From Candidatus Calditenuis sp. (GTDB taxonomy: Archaea > Thermoproteota > Nitrososphaeria_A > Caldarchaeales > Calditenuaceae): DNA of 18,760 bases. The notes under the pieces are model-generated. The model was not told the DNA's origin. It was given only the letters and a program-made list of their open reading frames with translations, and made no database searches. The translations under genes were made by a program, and so were the position numbers. The stretch's first letter is position 1. The number at the start of each line of letters is the position of its first letter. Location of the stretch: positions 1 through 18,760 of the forward strand of contig JAVVHL010000012.1 in NCBI GenBank assembly GCA_032249575.1, given 5' to 3'. Shown piece after piece: positions 1 through 7,388 of the stretch.

Positions 1-773
1 ACTTCCTTGAAGAGCTGACCTCCCTTGAAGACCCTGACCGATATCAGGTCCTCTATCCCTGACGTGGCGATCTTCCTGCCCAGAACCTCCTCGACCTGGA
101 AGACGCCCGCCTCGTTGACTATGTGGACGTCGATCCCGAGGGGCCTCTTTTCGCCCTTGACTATCTCGACCGAAGAGATGGCGAGGGCCGAGAGGGCGTG
201 GATGTCGGACTTGCCGTGCCTGTAGGGTATTCTTGCCCTTCCCTCGCTCATATCGGTGCCGTCGGCCACCTTCACTATACCGGCCTCTACGGTCAGCGAC
301 TGGACGCTTTCGTCATGGCTCAGGATGCAGTGGAGCACCTCCGCCCTTATCCTCCTCTCCGTCCTCCCCTTTCCGTAGACCTTAGGCAACAACTCGGAAA
401 GGATCCGGTCGGCGATCATCGCACCCGTCAAATGGTGCATCGTCCTGTGGACCATGTTGCCGATGTCGTGGAGGTATGCGCCGAGCATAGTGATGGCCAT
501 GGCGTCCTCCACCTTGACCCCGTCGAGTCCTATGGTCGAGAACCTGACCCCGCTCGACCTCAGGACGTCGAAGATCTCAAGCGCAGCCCCTGCCACTATC
601 CTCGCGTGCATGGGGCCGTGGTCGTTGTAGTAGAGGCGCTTCACAACCATCTCGTTGCAGAGCTCGAGGTAGTCCTGGATCTCCTCGTTACCCTCCAGCA
701 GCTCCAGGAGGGCCTCCAACTTCTCCTTCCCCCTCACCTTCTCCCTGAGCAGTTGGGCCGATACCCTTGTCAA
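1..773 (-). CDS. HD-domain metal-dependent phosphohydrolase (3' end runs off the left window edge)
   Basis: Absent from the ORF track because it is open to the window edge. My manual minus-strand translation from TTG 773 reads ...LEGNEEIQDYLELCNEMVVKRLYYNDHGPMHARIVAGAALEIFDVL...AMAITMLGAYLHDIGNMVHRTMHHLTGAMIADRIL...CILSHDESV...VKVADGTDMSEGRARIPY... This carries the H..HD..H..D pattern of the HD superfamily. Plus-strand ORF 123..791 is its antisense shadow. The start is uncertain (TTG 773 or GTG 737). Confidence 0.75.
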   Translation of the reverse strand, partial: MTRVSAQLLREKVRGKEKLEALLELLEGNEEIQDYLELCNEMVVKRLYYNDHGPMHARIVAGAALEIFDVLRSSGVRFSTIGLDGVKVEDAMAITMLGAYLHDIGNMVHRTMHHLTGAMIADRILSELLPKVYGKGRTERRIRAEVLHCILSHDESVQSLTVEAGIVKVADGTDMSEGRARIPYRHGKSDIHALSALAISSVEIVKGEKRPLGIDVHIVNEAGVFQVEEVLGRKIATSGIEDLISVRVFKGGQLFKE

Positions 774-888
774 ATCCTACGTAGAGCGTGACCGGCGTGA
801 TAAAGCTCTATTACCGTTGTCGGCGACGTAAGCGGCTCGGAATCCAGCAAAGGGCGTTGAAATTGTGATGAGGGAGAGAAGCGGGACC

Positions 889-2493
889 TCACCTAACCTC
901 CGGGAAAGCCAAGGCCTTCGCGAGCCACGCCTTTAAACCCGAGATCGGGACCCTCTCCTGCCTCGTAGTGTCCCTGTCCCTCACCGTCACCGTATCGTCC
1001 TGGAGCGTCTGGTAGTCTATCGTGACGCAGTAGGGGACTCCGATCTCGTCGAGCATGTGGTACCGCTTCCCAATCGTGTCGCCGGCCTCGTAAACCGCGT
1101 CGAAGTCGACCCTCAGCATCTCGTAGACCTCCGTCGCCTTCTCGGGGAGACCGTCCTTGTCGACGAGCGGCAGGACGGCCACTTGGACCGGTGCAAGGAA
1201 AGGAGGCAGCTTCAGCACCTTCCTCCTTCCCTCCCTGACGAGGTTGTGCTCGAGGAGGACGTACAGGCTCCTGTCAACCCCCATCGAGAGCTCGAAGACG
1301 TGGGGGACGAACTTCCTCCCTCTGTTGAATGCAGTCAGGTCCTTTCCGCTGACGCGCATGTGTCCCGATAGGTCGTAGTCGCCCCTGTAGTTGCAGGCTA
1401 CCAGCTCCAACCAACCCAGCGACGTCTGGACCTCGAGGTCCCAGGACTCCCTCGCGTAGAAGGGCTTCTCATCCTCGCCGAGCCTCCTCAGCCTGATTTT
1501 GCTCCTATCTATTCCAATTGTTTCATAGAACTTCTGTATCAGGGCGAGATAGTAGGCCTCTATTTTCAAAGGGACGAGGCCCTTCCTCCACGCTTCCTCC
1601 GCGGACACCTCGGTGATCGATTCGCCGTCCTGCGAGAGCCTCAGCACTTGGCCCTTCAGCCTGCTCCACCTCCTTTCGTCAAGATCCTCCTCCGGGTCGA
1701 AGAGAACCTCGACCTCGGCCTGGTAGAACTCCCTGAGGCGGAGGAGACCCTGCCTCGGCGAGATCTCGTTCCTGAAGCTCTTCCCGAACTGGCAGAGGGG
1801 GAGGGGGAACTTGGACCACCCTATCTTGTAGACCCTCAGGTAGTCGACGAAGAGGGACTGGCACGTCTCAGGCCTCAGGTAGGCTTCCGTGCCCTCACCT
1901 CCTACCGAGAGCCTGAACATCATGTTGAACCTCGTAACCTCAGAGAGCTGTCCGCCGCAGCTCGGACACGTTACGCCCTCCTTCAGGATCATCGCGTAGA
2001 TCTCGCTGTCGGGCAACCTCTCCGGGACGATCCTGCCAGTCCTCTCCTGGAGCAGCCTGTCGGCCCTGAAGACGGCGCCGCAGCGGGTGCACCTCGTTAT
2101 CGGGTCGGCGAAGGACTCGAGGTGACCGGAGGCGACGAAGACGTCCTTGGCCATGATCACCGAGCCGTCGAGCTCGACCATCCCGTCGTACCGGACCACG
2201 TACCTCCGCCAAGCCTCGACGAACCTGTTCTTGAGGGCTGTCCCGAGGGGGCCGTAATCCCAGAAACCTGCTGGAGCGCCGTCGTAGATCTCGCAGGAAG
2301 GGAAATAGAAACCCCTCCTCAGCGCTAGGTCCATCACCTCATCGTATGCCCTGCTCGACAGGTCCCACCACCCGGTTCGTCCGGTGGGCGCCGTTATTTG
2401 ACCGATTTCCGGAAAGTCCTCTCGAGAAGGGAGGCCCTGACCGAAGCGGCTGTCAAGGGACCCTTTGAGAAAGGTGTCAGCTGAAGGGAGCAC
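889..2493 (-). CDS. glyS: Glycine--tRNA ligase (archaeal/eukaryotic-type class II GlyRS)
   Basis: The 534-aa ORF contains MDLALRRGFYFPSCEIYDGAPAGFWDYGPLG, FRNEISPRQGLLRLREFYQAEVE (motif 2-like), GVDRSLY (motif 3-like) and a C-terminal anticodon-binding region (IGKRYHMLDEIGVPYCVTIDYQT). Homology appears to begin near M54 (ATG 2334). The first 53 codons overlap the upstream gene by 17 nt and look non-homologous, so the true start may be 2334. Confidence 0.9.
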   Translation of the reverse strand: MLPSADTFLKGSLDSRFGQGLPSREDFPEIGQITAPTGRTGWWDLSSRAYDEVMDLALRRGFYFPSCEIYDGAPAGFWDYGPLGTALKNRFVEAWRRYVVRYDGMVELDGSVIMAKDVFVASGHLESFADPITRCTRCGAVFRADRLLQERTGRIVPERLPDSEIYAMILKEGVTCPSCGGQLSEVTRFNMMFRLSVGGEGTEAYLRPETCQSLFVDYLRVYKIGWSKFPLPLCQFGKSFRNEISPRQGLLRLREFYQAEVEVLFDPEEDLDERRWSRLKGQVLRLSQDGESITEVSAEEAWRKGLVPLKIEAYYLALIQKFYETIGIDRSKIRLRRLGEDEKPFYARESWDLEVQTSLGWLELVACNYRGDYDLSGHMRVSGKDLTAFNRGRKFVPHVFELSMGVDRSLYVLLEHNLVREGRRKVLKLPPFLAPVQVAVLPLVDKDGLPEKATEVYEMLRVDFDAVYEAGDTIGKRYHMLDEIGVPYCVTIDYQTLQDDTVTVRDRDTTRQERVPISGLKAWLAKALAFPEVR

Positions 2494-3331
2494 CGCAGTT
2501 CGGGCACTTGCCGCCGATGTCGCGCCAGGTCTCTACGCACTCCCTGTGCATCGGAGCACCGCAGGAGTTGCAGAACCTGAGCGAGCCTGCAGGGATCGTT
2601 TCGCCGCAGATGGCACACTCCTGTGTTGCTGCCTGGGGCCTTTGCGGCTGTGCGGCCGTCGGAGAGGGTGAGGGAGCATGCACCGGTACGGGTTGGGTTG
2701 CAGACCCTAAGCCGACCTCCTCTTGCCTCAGAAGCTCCTCGAAGACCTCCTCCTCACGGCTCAGAGAGGGCTCCTCGTAACCCTGCGCGAACTCCTGCTG
2801 GACCTCATAGGCTGTTGTTTGGACAGGCGCGTAGGCTATGGCGGGAGATGCCGAGGGGCCCGAGGAGGGTCTGAGGACGACGAACCCGATCATCGCTGAG
2901 ATGAAGCCGCCACCCGCCATCGCGACTCCGGTGAAGAGCGCAGCGATCGCGCCTACCTCAGGTCTGAACTGTATGTTCAGAGAGGGCAGGTGATGGAGCA
3001 ACACGTAAAGCGGCGAGAGGATGGCCAGCGCCGAACCAGCAATGGCCAGACTCGGAACCGTGAAGCGCAGCATCTTGACGTTGGAGGAGAGGGAGGCCAA
3101 GACCCCCGCACCGCCTGCAAGGGCACCCGCCAGGAGCGAGAGGGTGAAGCTCCAGCTCAGAACGAACCCTTGGATCCCCCTGACCACGACGTTGTCGTTG
3201 AGGAGCGAGGCCCAGTCGAGCATCAGCGTCAGGACGTGGATCGCACCAAGAACAGAGATCAGCGCGCCGATCCTGATCAGCCTCACCAGCGCGTCCCTCA
3301 CGTCCGTTCCTGTGACGAGCATGCCTGCCAT
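2477..3331 (-). CDS. Four-TM membrane protein with acidic/Pro-rich linker and C-terminal C4HC3 zinc finger (RING/PHD-like or double zinc ribbon)
   Basis: The 284-aa ORF has four hydrophobic segments (RLIRIGALISVLGAIHVLTLML, GFVLSWSFTLSLLAGALAGGAGVLASL, FTVPSLAIAGSALAILSPLYVLL, VGAIAALFTGVAMAGGGFISAMIGFVVL). After a roughly 90-aa low-complexity linker comes CAIC-x11-CNSC-x4-H-x2-C-x10-CPNC. A minus-strand TATA (CTTTTATAG, 3347..3355) and a GGAGGAGG run lie upstream. ATG 3322 (M4) is an alternative leaderless start. Confidence 0.7.
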   Translation of the reverse strand: MAGMLVTGTDVRDALVRLIRIGALISVLGAIHVLTLMLDWASLLNDNVVVRGIQGFVLSWSFTLSLLAGALAGGAGVLASLSSNVKMLRFTVPSLAIAGSALAILSPLYVLLHHLPSLNIQFRPEVGAIAALFTGVAMAGGGFISAMIGFVVLRPSSGPSASPAIAYAPVQTTAYEVQQEFAQGYEEPSLSREEEVFEELLRQEEVGLGSATQPVPVHAPSPSPTAAQPQRPQAATQECAICGETIPAGSLRFCNSCGAPMHRECVETWRDIGGKCPNCGAPFS

Positions 3332-3419
3332 TCCCCTCCTCCTCTGCTATAAAAGTGCGCATCGAGACGCCTTTCCACGAGAAGGCCCAGTAATCTCGAA
3401 AAGAGCGTCCTCCGTTGCC

Positions 3420-3869
3420 TCACGGAACCTCCTTGACCGTGTCGAAGACGAAGCACGTCTCGGTCCTCGCGATGCTCCTCATCGTCCTGAGCCGGTCGAT
3501 CACGAGCCTCCCCACCTCCTCAGTCGAGGAGGCCCTGACCTTCAGGATCATGTCCCACTGTCCGCTGACGAGGTGGACCTCGTAGACCTCGTCGATCGTA
3601 GCTATCTGCGCCGCCAGCTCCCTCTGCGATATCTCCTGGGCCGGGGTGAAGGAGACGAGGACGAAGGCCGTCGTGCCCCTTCCTATCTTGGCGTAATCGG
3701 GTATCGCGGTGAAACGCTTGATGTAGCCGAGCTCCGTCAGCCTCCTGACGCGCTCCTGGACCGTCGTCCTCGGCATCGAGAGCTCAGCCGACAGCTCCGT
3801 GAACGACTTCCTCGCGTCCCTCCTCAGCGCCTCCAAAATCCTCAGGTCCCTCTCGTCGATCTCCGTCAC
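3420..3869 (-). CDS. Lrp/AsnC family transcriptional regulator
   Basis: IDERDLRILEALRRDARKSFTELSAELSMPRTTVQERVRRLTELGYIKRF is the N-terminal HTH. It is followed by an RAM/ACT-like domain (AFVLVSF...VYEVHLVSGQWDMILKVRASSTEEVGRLVIDRL). The ORF is open to TTG 3929, but GTG 3869 gives a typical 149-aa Lrp and sits about 26 nt downstream of a minus-strand TTTTAAG TATA box, consistent with a leaderless transcript. Confidence 0.85.
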   Translation of the reverse strand: MTEIDERDLRILEALRRDARKSFTELSAELSMPRTTVQERVRRLTELGYIKRFTAIPDYAKIGRGTTAFVLVSFTPAQEISQRELAAQIATIDEVYEVHLVSGQWDMILKVRASSTEEVGRLVIDRLRTMRSIARTETCFVFDTVKEVP

Positions 3870-3891
3870 GATGACGACCAGTCCCGGACAA

Positions 3892-3904
3892 CTTAAAACG
3901 TTTT
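3892..3904 (-). promoter_or_regulatory. TATA box for the lrp-like gene, overlapping the perfect palindrome AAAACGTTTT
   Basis: On the minus strand, TTTTAAG (3892..3898) lies about 26 nt upstream of GTG 3869. The 10-nt perfect palindrome AAAACGTTTT occupies 3895..3904 in the only AT-rich stretch of the intergenic region. Confidence 0.5.
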
Positions 3905-3938
3905 GACTTAAGCAACCGGCGAATTGCAATGGAATTAA

Positions 3939-3949
3939 GATATTTAAAG
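3939..3949 (+). promoter_or_regulatory. TATA box for the HMG-CoA synthase operon
   Basis: AGATATTTAAAGG is centred about 25 nt upstream of the GTG start at 3968. This is typical archaeal TATA-to-TSS spacing and implies a leaderless or near-leaderless mRNA. Confidence 0.55.
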
Positions 3950-3967
3950 GGCTGAAGGGAAGGCGCG

Positions 3968-5020
3968 GTGTTGAGCAGGGTCAAGGACGTCGCGATCCTC
4001 GGATACGGCGGGTATGTGCCCAGGTACAGGATCAAGGCCTCGGAGATAGCGAGGGTATGGGGGAGGGAGGACGACGCGCTGCCGATAAAGGAGAAAGCTG
4101 TCAACGGCATCGACGAGGACGTCATCACGATGGCCATAGAGGCGTGCAAATATGCGCTGAGGAGGGCCGGCATCGACATCAGGAAGGTGGGAGCAGTGAA
4201 CGTGGGCTCCGAGTCTCACCCATATGCGGTGAAGCCGACCGGGACCGTCGTCGCTGAGGCCCTCGGGATACCTCCCACCCACCTCTCTGCGGACCTCGAG
4301 TTCGCGTGCAAGGCCGGAACGGAGGCGATGCAGATGATCGCAGGCCTCGTCTCTGCTGGGATGATAGAATACGGGATAGCGGTGGGCGCCGACACGGCAC
4401 AGGGGAGGCCCTCAGACGCGCTGGAGTTCACGGCAGCGGCCGGCGCGGCGGCCTTCGTCCTCGGGAGGAGCAACGGCGAGGAGGTCGCGGTGATAGAGCA
4501 CATGGTGAGCTATGTGACGGACACACCCGATTTCTGGCGAAGGGCCCACGAGAGGTACCCGAGGCACGCGTCGAGGTTCACCGGCGAGCCAGCCTACTTC
4601 CACCACACGGTATCCGCTGTGAAGGTGCTCCTCGAGGAGACCGGACTCAAAATCTCGGACATCGACTACTTCGTCTTCCACCAGCCCAACTACAAGTTCC
4701 CCTACGCCGCCGCCAAGATCCTCCAGATACCGAAGGAGAAGGTGGACCCTGGGGTGGTGACCAACGTCGTCGGCAACACCTACGCCGCCTGCTCACCTTT
4801 GGGCCTCGTGAGGGTCCTCGACCACGCCAAGCCCGGCCAGAGGATAGTCCTGACATCTTTCGGCTCAGGTGCGGGGAGCGACTCCTTCCTGATCGTGACC
4901 AAGGAGGGCCTAGAGAGGAAGAGGAACCTCGCACCTCTCCTCGACACGCTGATCGCGAGGGCCAAGTACATCGATTACGCCCAGTACTTGAGGCACAGGG
5001 AGAAGATCAGGACGTCGTGA
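3968..5020 (+). CDS. Hydroxymethylglutaryl-CoA synthase (archaeal type)
   Basis: The 350-aa ORF has a thiolase-like-fold condensing enzyme signature: LSRVKDVAILGYGGYVPRYRI, an active-site Cys context (DLEFACKAGTEAM), FHQPNYKFP (catalytic His) and GNTYAACSPLGL (Asn). It sits immediately upstream of a thiolase and a DUF35 gene, the conserved archaeal trio. Confidence 0.88.
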   Translation: MLSRVKDVAILGYGGYVPRYRIKASEIARVWGREDDALPIKEKAVNGIDEDVITMAIEACKYALRRAGIDIRKVGAVNVGSESHPYAVKPTGTVVAEALGIPPTHLSADLEFACKAGTEAMQMIAGLVSAGMIEYGIAVGADTAQGRPSDALEFTAAAGAAAFVLGRSNGEEVAVIEHMVSYVTDTPDFWRRAHERYPRHASRFTGEPAYFHHTVSAVKVLLEETGLKISDIDYFVFHQPNYKFPYAAAKILQIPKEKVDPGVVTNVVGNTYAACSPLGLVRVLDHAKPGQRIVLTSFGSGAGSDSFLIVTKEGLERKRNLAPLLDTLIARAKYIDYAQYLRHREKIRTS

Positions 5021-5024
5021 TGGC

Positions 5025-6194
5025 GTGATGAGGTCGGCATACGTCGCAGGAGTGGGATACACGAAGGTCTCTGAGCACTGGGAGAAGTCCCTGACGGAGC
5101 TGGCCTCAGAGGCGGCGCTGGCAGCGATACGGGACGCCGGCGTGGAGAGGGTAGACGCGATCTACCTCGCTAGCGCGGCTGCCGAGGTCACCTCGCACCA
5201 GATCGGAATAAGCGCCATCGTCTCGGAGGAGCTGGGCCTATCGGGCGTACCTGCTGTCAGGATCGAGTGCGGTGAGGCCTCAGGGATGGCCGCCTTTCTC
5301 CAGGCCCACGCGGCCGTATCCTCAGGATTGGCTGAAGTGGCGCTCGTGGTGGGGGCCGAGAAGCTCTCTGACCTCATGCCGGAGGAGTACAACACGGTCT
5401 ACACGATGACGCTGCCTCACGAGACGATGGGCTTTGCCGGGATCACGCCCTCAGCAATAGCGGCCCTCCTCTACCGGATCTACATGGAGAGGTACGAGGT
5501 CCCTCAGGAGTTCGTCGCGCACTTCCCGGTCCTCATGCACAGGAACGCCAAGGGGGTCCCGCACGCCCAGTTCCCCTTTGAGGTGAGGCTCGAGGACGTC
5601 CTCTCCTCGCCCTACGTCGCAGCACCCCTCAGGAGGCTCGAGACCACGGCGCCTTGCGACGGCGCAGCGGCCCTCGTTTTGGTGTCGGAGGAATCGCTGG
5701 GGAGCGTCAGGTCAGGCTCGGTGACGAAGGTCGGAGGGATCAGCGTCAGGACCGATTACGTCTCGCCCTTCGAAAGGGAGGACCCTCTCTTCCTCTCGTC
5801 GGTCGCACTCTCAGTCGAGGAGGCCCTGATGCGCTCCGGGATCGACCGCGATGACGTCAACGTCGTCGAGCTCCACGACTCCTTCTCGGTTATGGCACCG
5901 CTGATCCTGGAGAGCGCAGGTTTCTCGCCGAAGGGGAAGAGCGGCCTCCGGCTCAAAGAGGGGTCTTACGACCTGGGCGGGGAGCTGCCGATCAACACCT
6001 TCGGCGGCCTCAAGGCGAGGGGCCACCCGTTCGGAGCGACGGCGCTTTACCAGCTGGCCGAGCTGCACCTTCAACTGACGGGGAGGGCAGGGAAGAACCA
6101 GGTCGACAAGGCCAGAAGGGGCCTCGCGATCTCCACATCCGGCTTCGGTGCGATATCTGGTGCGGCTGTCCTGCTGGGAGGTGATGGTGCGTGA
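5025..6194 (+). CDS. Acetyl-CoA C-acetyltransferase (archaeal thiolase)
   Basis: The 389-aa ORF contains AYVAGVGYTKV, IECGEASGMAAF (the nucleophilic Cys region), VELHDSFSV and NTFGGLKARGHPFGATALYQLAEL (the C-terminal thiolase His/Gly-rich motif). The start is GTG 5025 or ATG 5028, 5-8 nt after the HMGCS stop. Confidence 0.88.
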   Translation: MMRSAYVAGVGYTKVSEHWEKSLTELASEAALAAIRDAGVERVDAIYLASAAAEVTSHQIGISAIVSEELGLSGVPAVRIECGEASGMAAFLQAHAAVSSGLAEVALVVGAEKLSDLMPEEYNTVYTMTLPHETMGFAGITPSAIAALLYRIYMERYEVPQEFVAHFPVLMHRNAKGVPHAQFPFEVRLEDVLSSPYVAAPLRRLETTAPCDGAAALVLVSEESLGSVRSGSVTKVGGISVRTDYVSPFEREDPLFLSSVALSVEEALMRSGIDRDDVNVVELHDSFSVMAPLILESAGFSPKGKSGLRLKEGSYDLGGELPINTFGGLKARGHPFGATALYQLAELHLQLTGRAGKNQVDKARRGLAISTSGFGAISGAAVLLGGDGA

Positions 6195-6598
6195 GGTCAG
6201 GTATCAGACCACAGGAGCACTGGAGGGCCAAGAAATTCAGGTACAGGCTGGAGGTGCTGAGATGTGCGAGCTGCGGGACGGTCAACATGACGCCTAGGAA
6301 GGTCTGCAGGCGCTGCAGGTCCACCTCCCTAGTCCCCGAGAGGCTCCCTGAGAGGGCGAGGCTCATCGCCTTTACGGAGGTCAAGTCGACGACCGACATC
6401 CACGACGAGACCGCACCCTACCTCGTCGGCCTCCTGGAGTTCGAGGACGGGACTAGGATAGTGGCTCAGCTCACCGACGTCGATTACGAGGAGCTTAGGC
6501 CAGGCATGGAGATGGAGGCGGTCGTCAGGAAGATCGCCCAGGAAGGAGAGTCGGGGATCATCGTCTACGGCTTCAAGTTCAGGCCCGTAATCACGTAG
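6191..6598 (+). CDS. DUF35 Zn-ribbon/OB-fold protein (scaffold of the thiolase/HMGCS complex)
   Basis: The 135-aa ORF has a rubredoxin-like ribbon (CASCGTVNMTPRKVCRRC) followed by an OB-fold-like region (ARLIAFTEVKS...YLVGLLEFEDGTRIVAQLTDV). The GTGA start/stop overlap with the thiolase implies translational coupling. Confidence 0.85.
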   Translation: MRSGIRPQEHWRAKKFRYRLEVLRCASCGTVNMTPRKVCRRCRSTSLVPERLPERARLIAFTEVKSTTDIHDETAPYLVGLLEFEDGTRIVAQLTDVDYEELRPGMEMEAVVRKIAQEGESGIIVYGFKFRPVIT

Positions 6599-6667
6599 CG
6601 CGGAGAAGGCGGCCGCTCAACGCAGAGGGTTGCGGTGCGCATATGGCTATAATGCTGAGGTGAAAGC

Positions 6668-7363
6668 ATGGTTGCAGGCATGCAGGTCCTAAAGGAGAGG
6701 GAAAGGAGGTACGTCAAGCAGCTCTTCGAGAAGGAGCTTTCCGGCGAGGTCAGGCTCGTCGTCTTCACGCAGAAGTTCGAGTGCGAGGGCTGCGAAATAA
6801 CGCGCAGGATCGCCGAGGAGCTCGCAGAGCTCTCACCTAACATCAGCGTGGAGGTCCACGACTTCGAGGAGGACGGAGAGCTCGCCAGGAAGTGGAGGGT
6901 CGACAAGATCCCCGCACTTCTGGTCTTCGGGAAGAGGGAGTACGGGATCCGTTACTTCGGCATGCCGACCGGCTACGAGTTCGCGGCGCTCCTGGACGAC
7001 ATCGTCGACGTCTCGAAGGGGAGGTCCAGGCTCTCGGAGGCCACCAAAGCGAGGCTCAAAGAGATCAAAGAGCCGGTCCACATTCAGGTCTTCGTGACGC
7101 CCACCTGCCCCTACTGCCCGAGGGCCGTGAGGACAGCCCACATGTTCGCGCTGGAGAACGAGAACATTGTCGGCGACATGATAGAGTCCCTCGAGTTCCC
7201 GCACCTCGCCAACAAGTACAACGTTATGGCCGTGCCGAAGGTCGTCATCAACGACGTCCTCGCATTCGAGGGCGCGGTTCCGGAGCACATATTCCTCGAG
7301 TACGTGCTGCACGCCCTTGAGCACTCCAAGGAGGGCCATCACCGTCACCATCACGGTCATTAA
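6668..7363 (+). CDS. Protein disulfide oxidoreductase (two thioredoxin folds, glutaredoxin-like) with His-rich C-terminal tail
   Basis: Two redox motifs, CEGC (N-terminal unit) and CPYC (C-terminal unit, VFVTPTCPYCPRAV), plus MAVPKVVIND. This is the architecture of the PDO of hyperthermophilic archaea. A GAGGTGA Shine-Dalgarno at 6657..6663 lies 4 nt before the ATG. The protein ends in HSKEGHHRHHHGH. Confidence 0.85.
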   Translation: MVAGMQVLKERERRYVKQLFEKELSGEVRLVVFTQKFECEGCEITRRIAEELAELSPNISVEVHDFEEDGELARKWRVDKIPALLVFGKREYGIRYFGMPTGYEFAALLDDIVDVSKGRSRLSEATKARLKEIKEPVHIQVFVTPTCPYCPRAVRTAHMFALENENIVGDMIESLEFPHLANKYNVMAVPKVVINDVLAFEGAVPEHIFLEYVLHALEHSKEGHHRHHHGH

Positions 7364-7388
7364 CCGGAGAGCGGCTGGACGGACGGAA

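Noticed and set aside
123-791. 222-aa plus-strand ORF
   Set aside because: Its composition is R/P/G/H/V-rich and low-complexity. It lies exactly antisense to a well-formed HD-domain CDS that I translated on the minus strand. It is a typical GC-rich shadow ORF.
866-872. GTGATGA (C-box-like) in the HD/glyS intergenic region, possibly a C/D box sRNA
   Set aside because: There is no CTGA D or D' box at an appropriate distance on that strand, and no terminal stem. The downstream sequence runs straight into the glyS 3' end.
1648-2328. 226-aa plus-strand ORF, and smaller ORFs 1057..1371 and 1157..1378
   Set aside because: They are antisense to the strongly supported GlyRS gene. The sequence is Pro/Arg/Glu-rich nonsense with no motifs.
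3021-3896. 291-aa plus-strand ORF spanning the membrane-protein and Lrp genes
   Set aside because: It crosses an intergenic promoter region and lies antisense to two good CDSs. Its composition is Arg/Pro/Ser-rich.
4306-5028. 240-aa plus-strand ORF in an alternative frame of the HMG-CoA synthase gene
   Set aside because: It is an out-of-frame overlap with a confidently identified enzyme. The translation is extremely Arg/Gly-rich, which is characteristic of off-frame reading of GC-rich codons.
7317-7388. Upstream extension of the rpoD ORF (MSTPRRAITVTITVINRRAAGRTE)
   Set aside because: It overlaps the PDO C-terminus, has no RpoD homology and merely reads the His-tail codons in another frame. 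ATG 7389 begins the canonical RpoD N-terminus.
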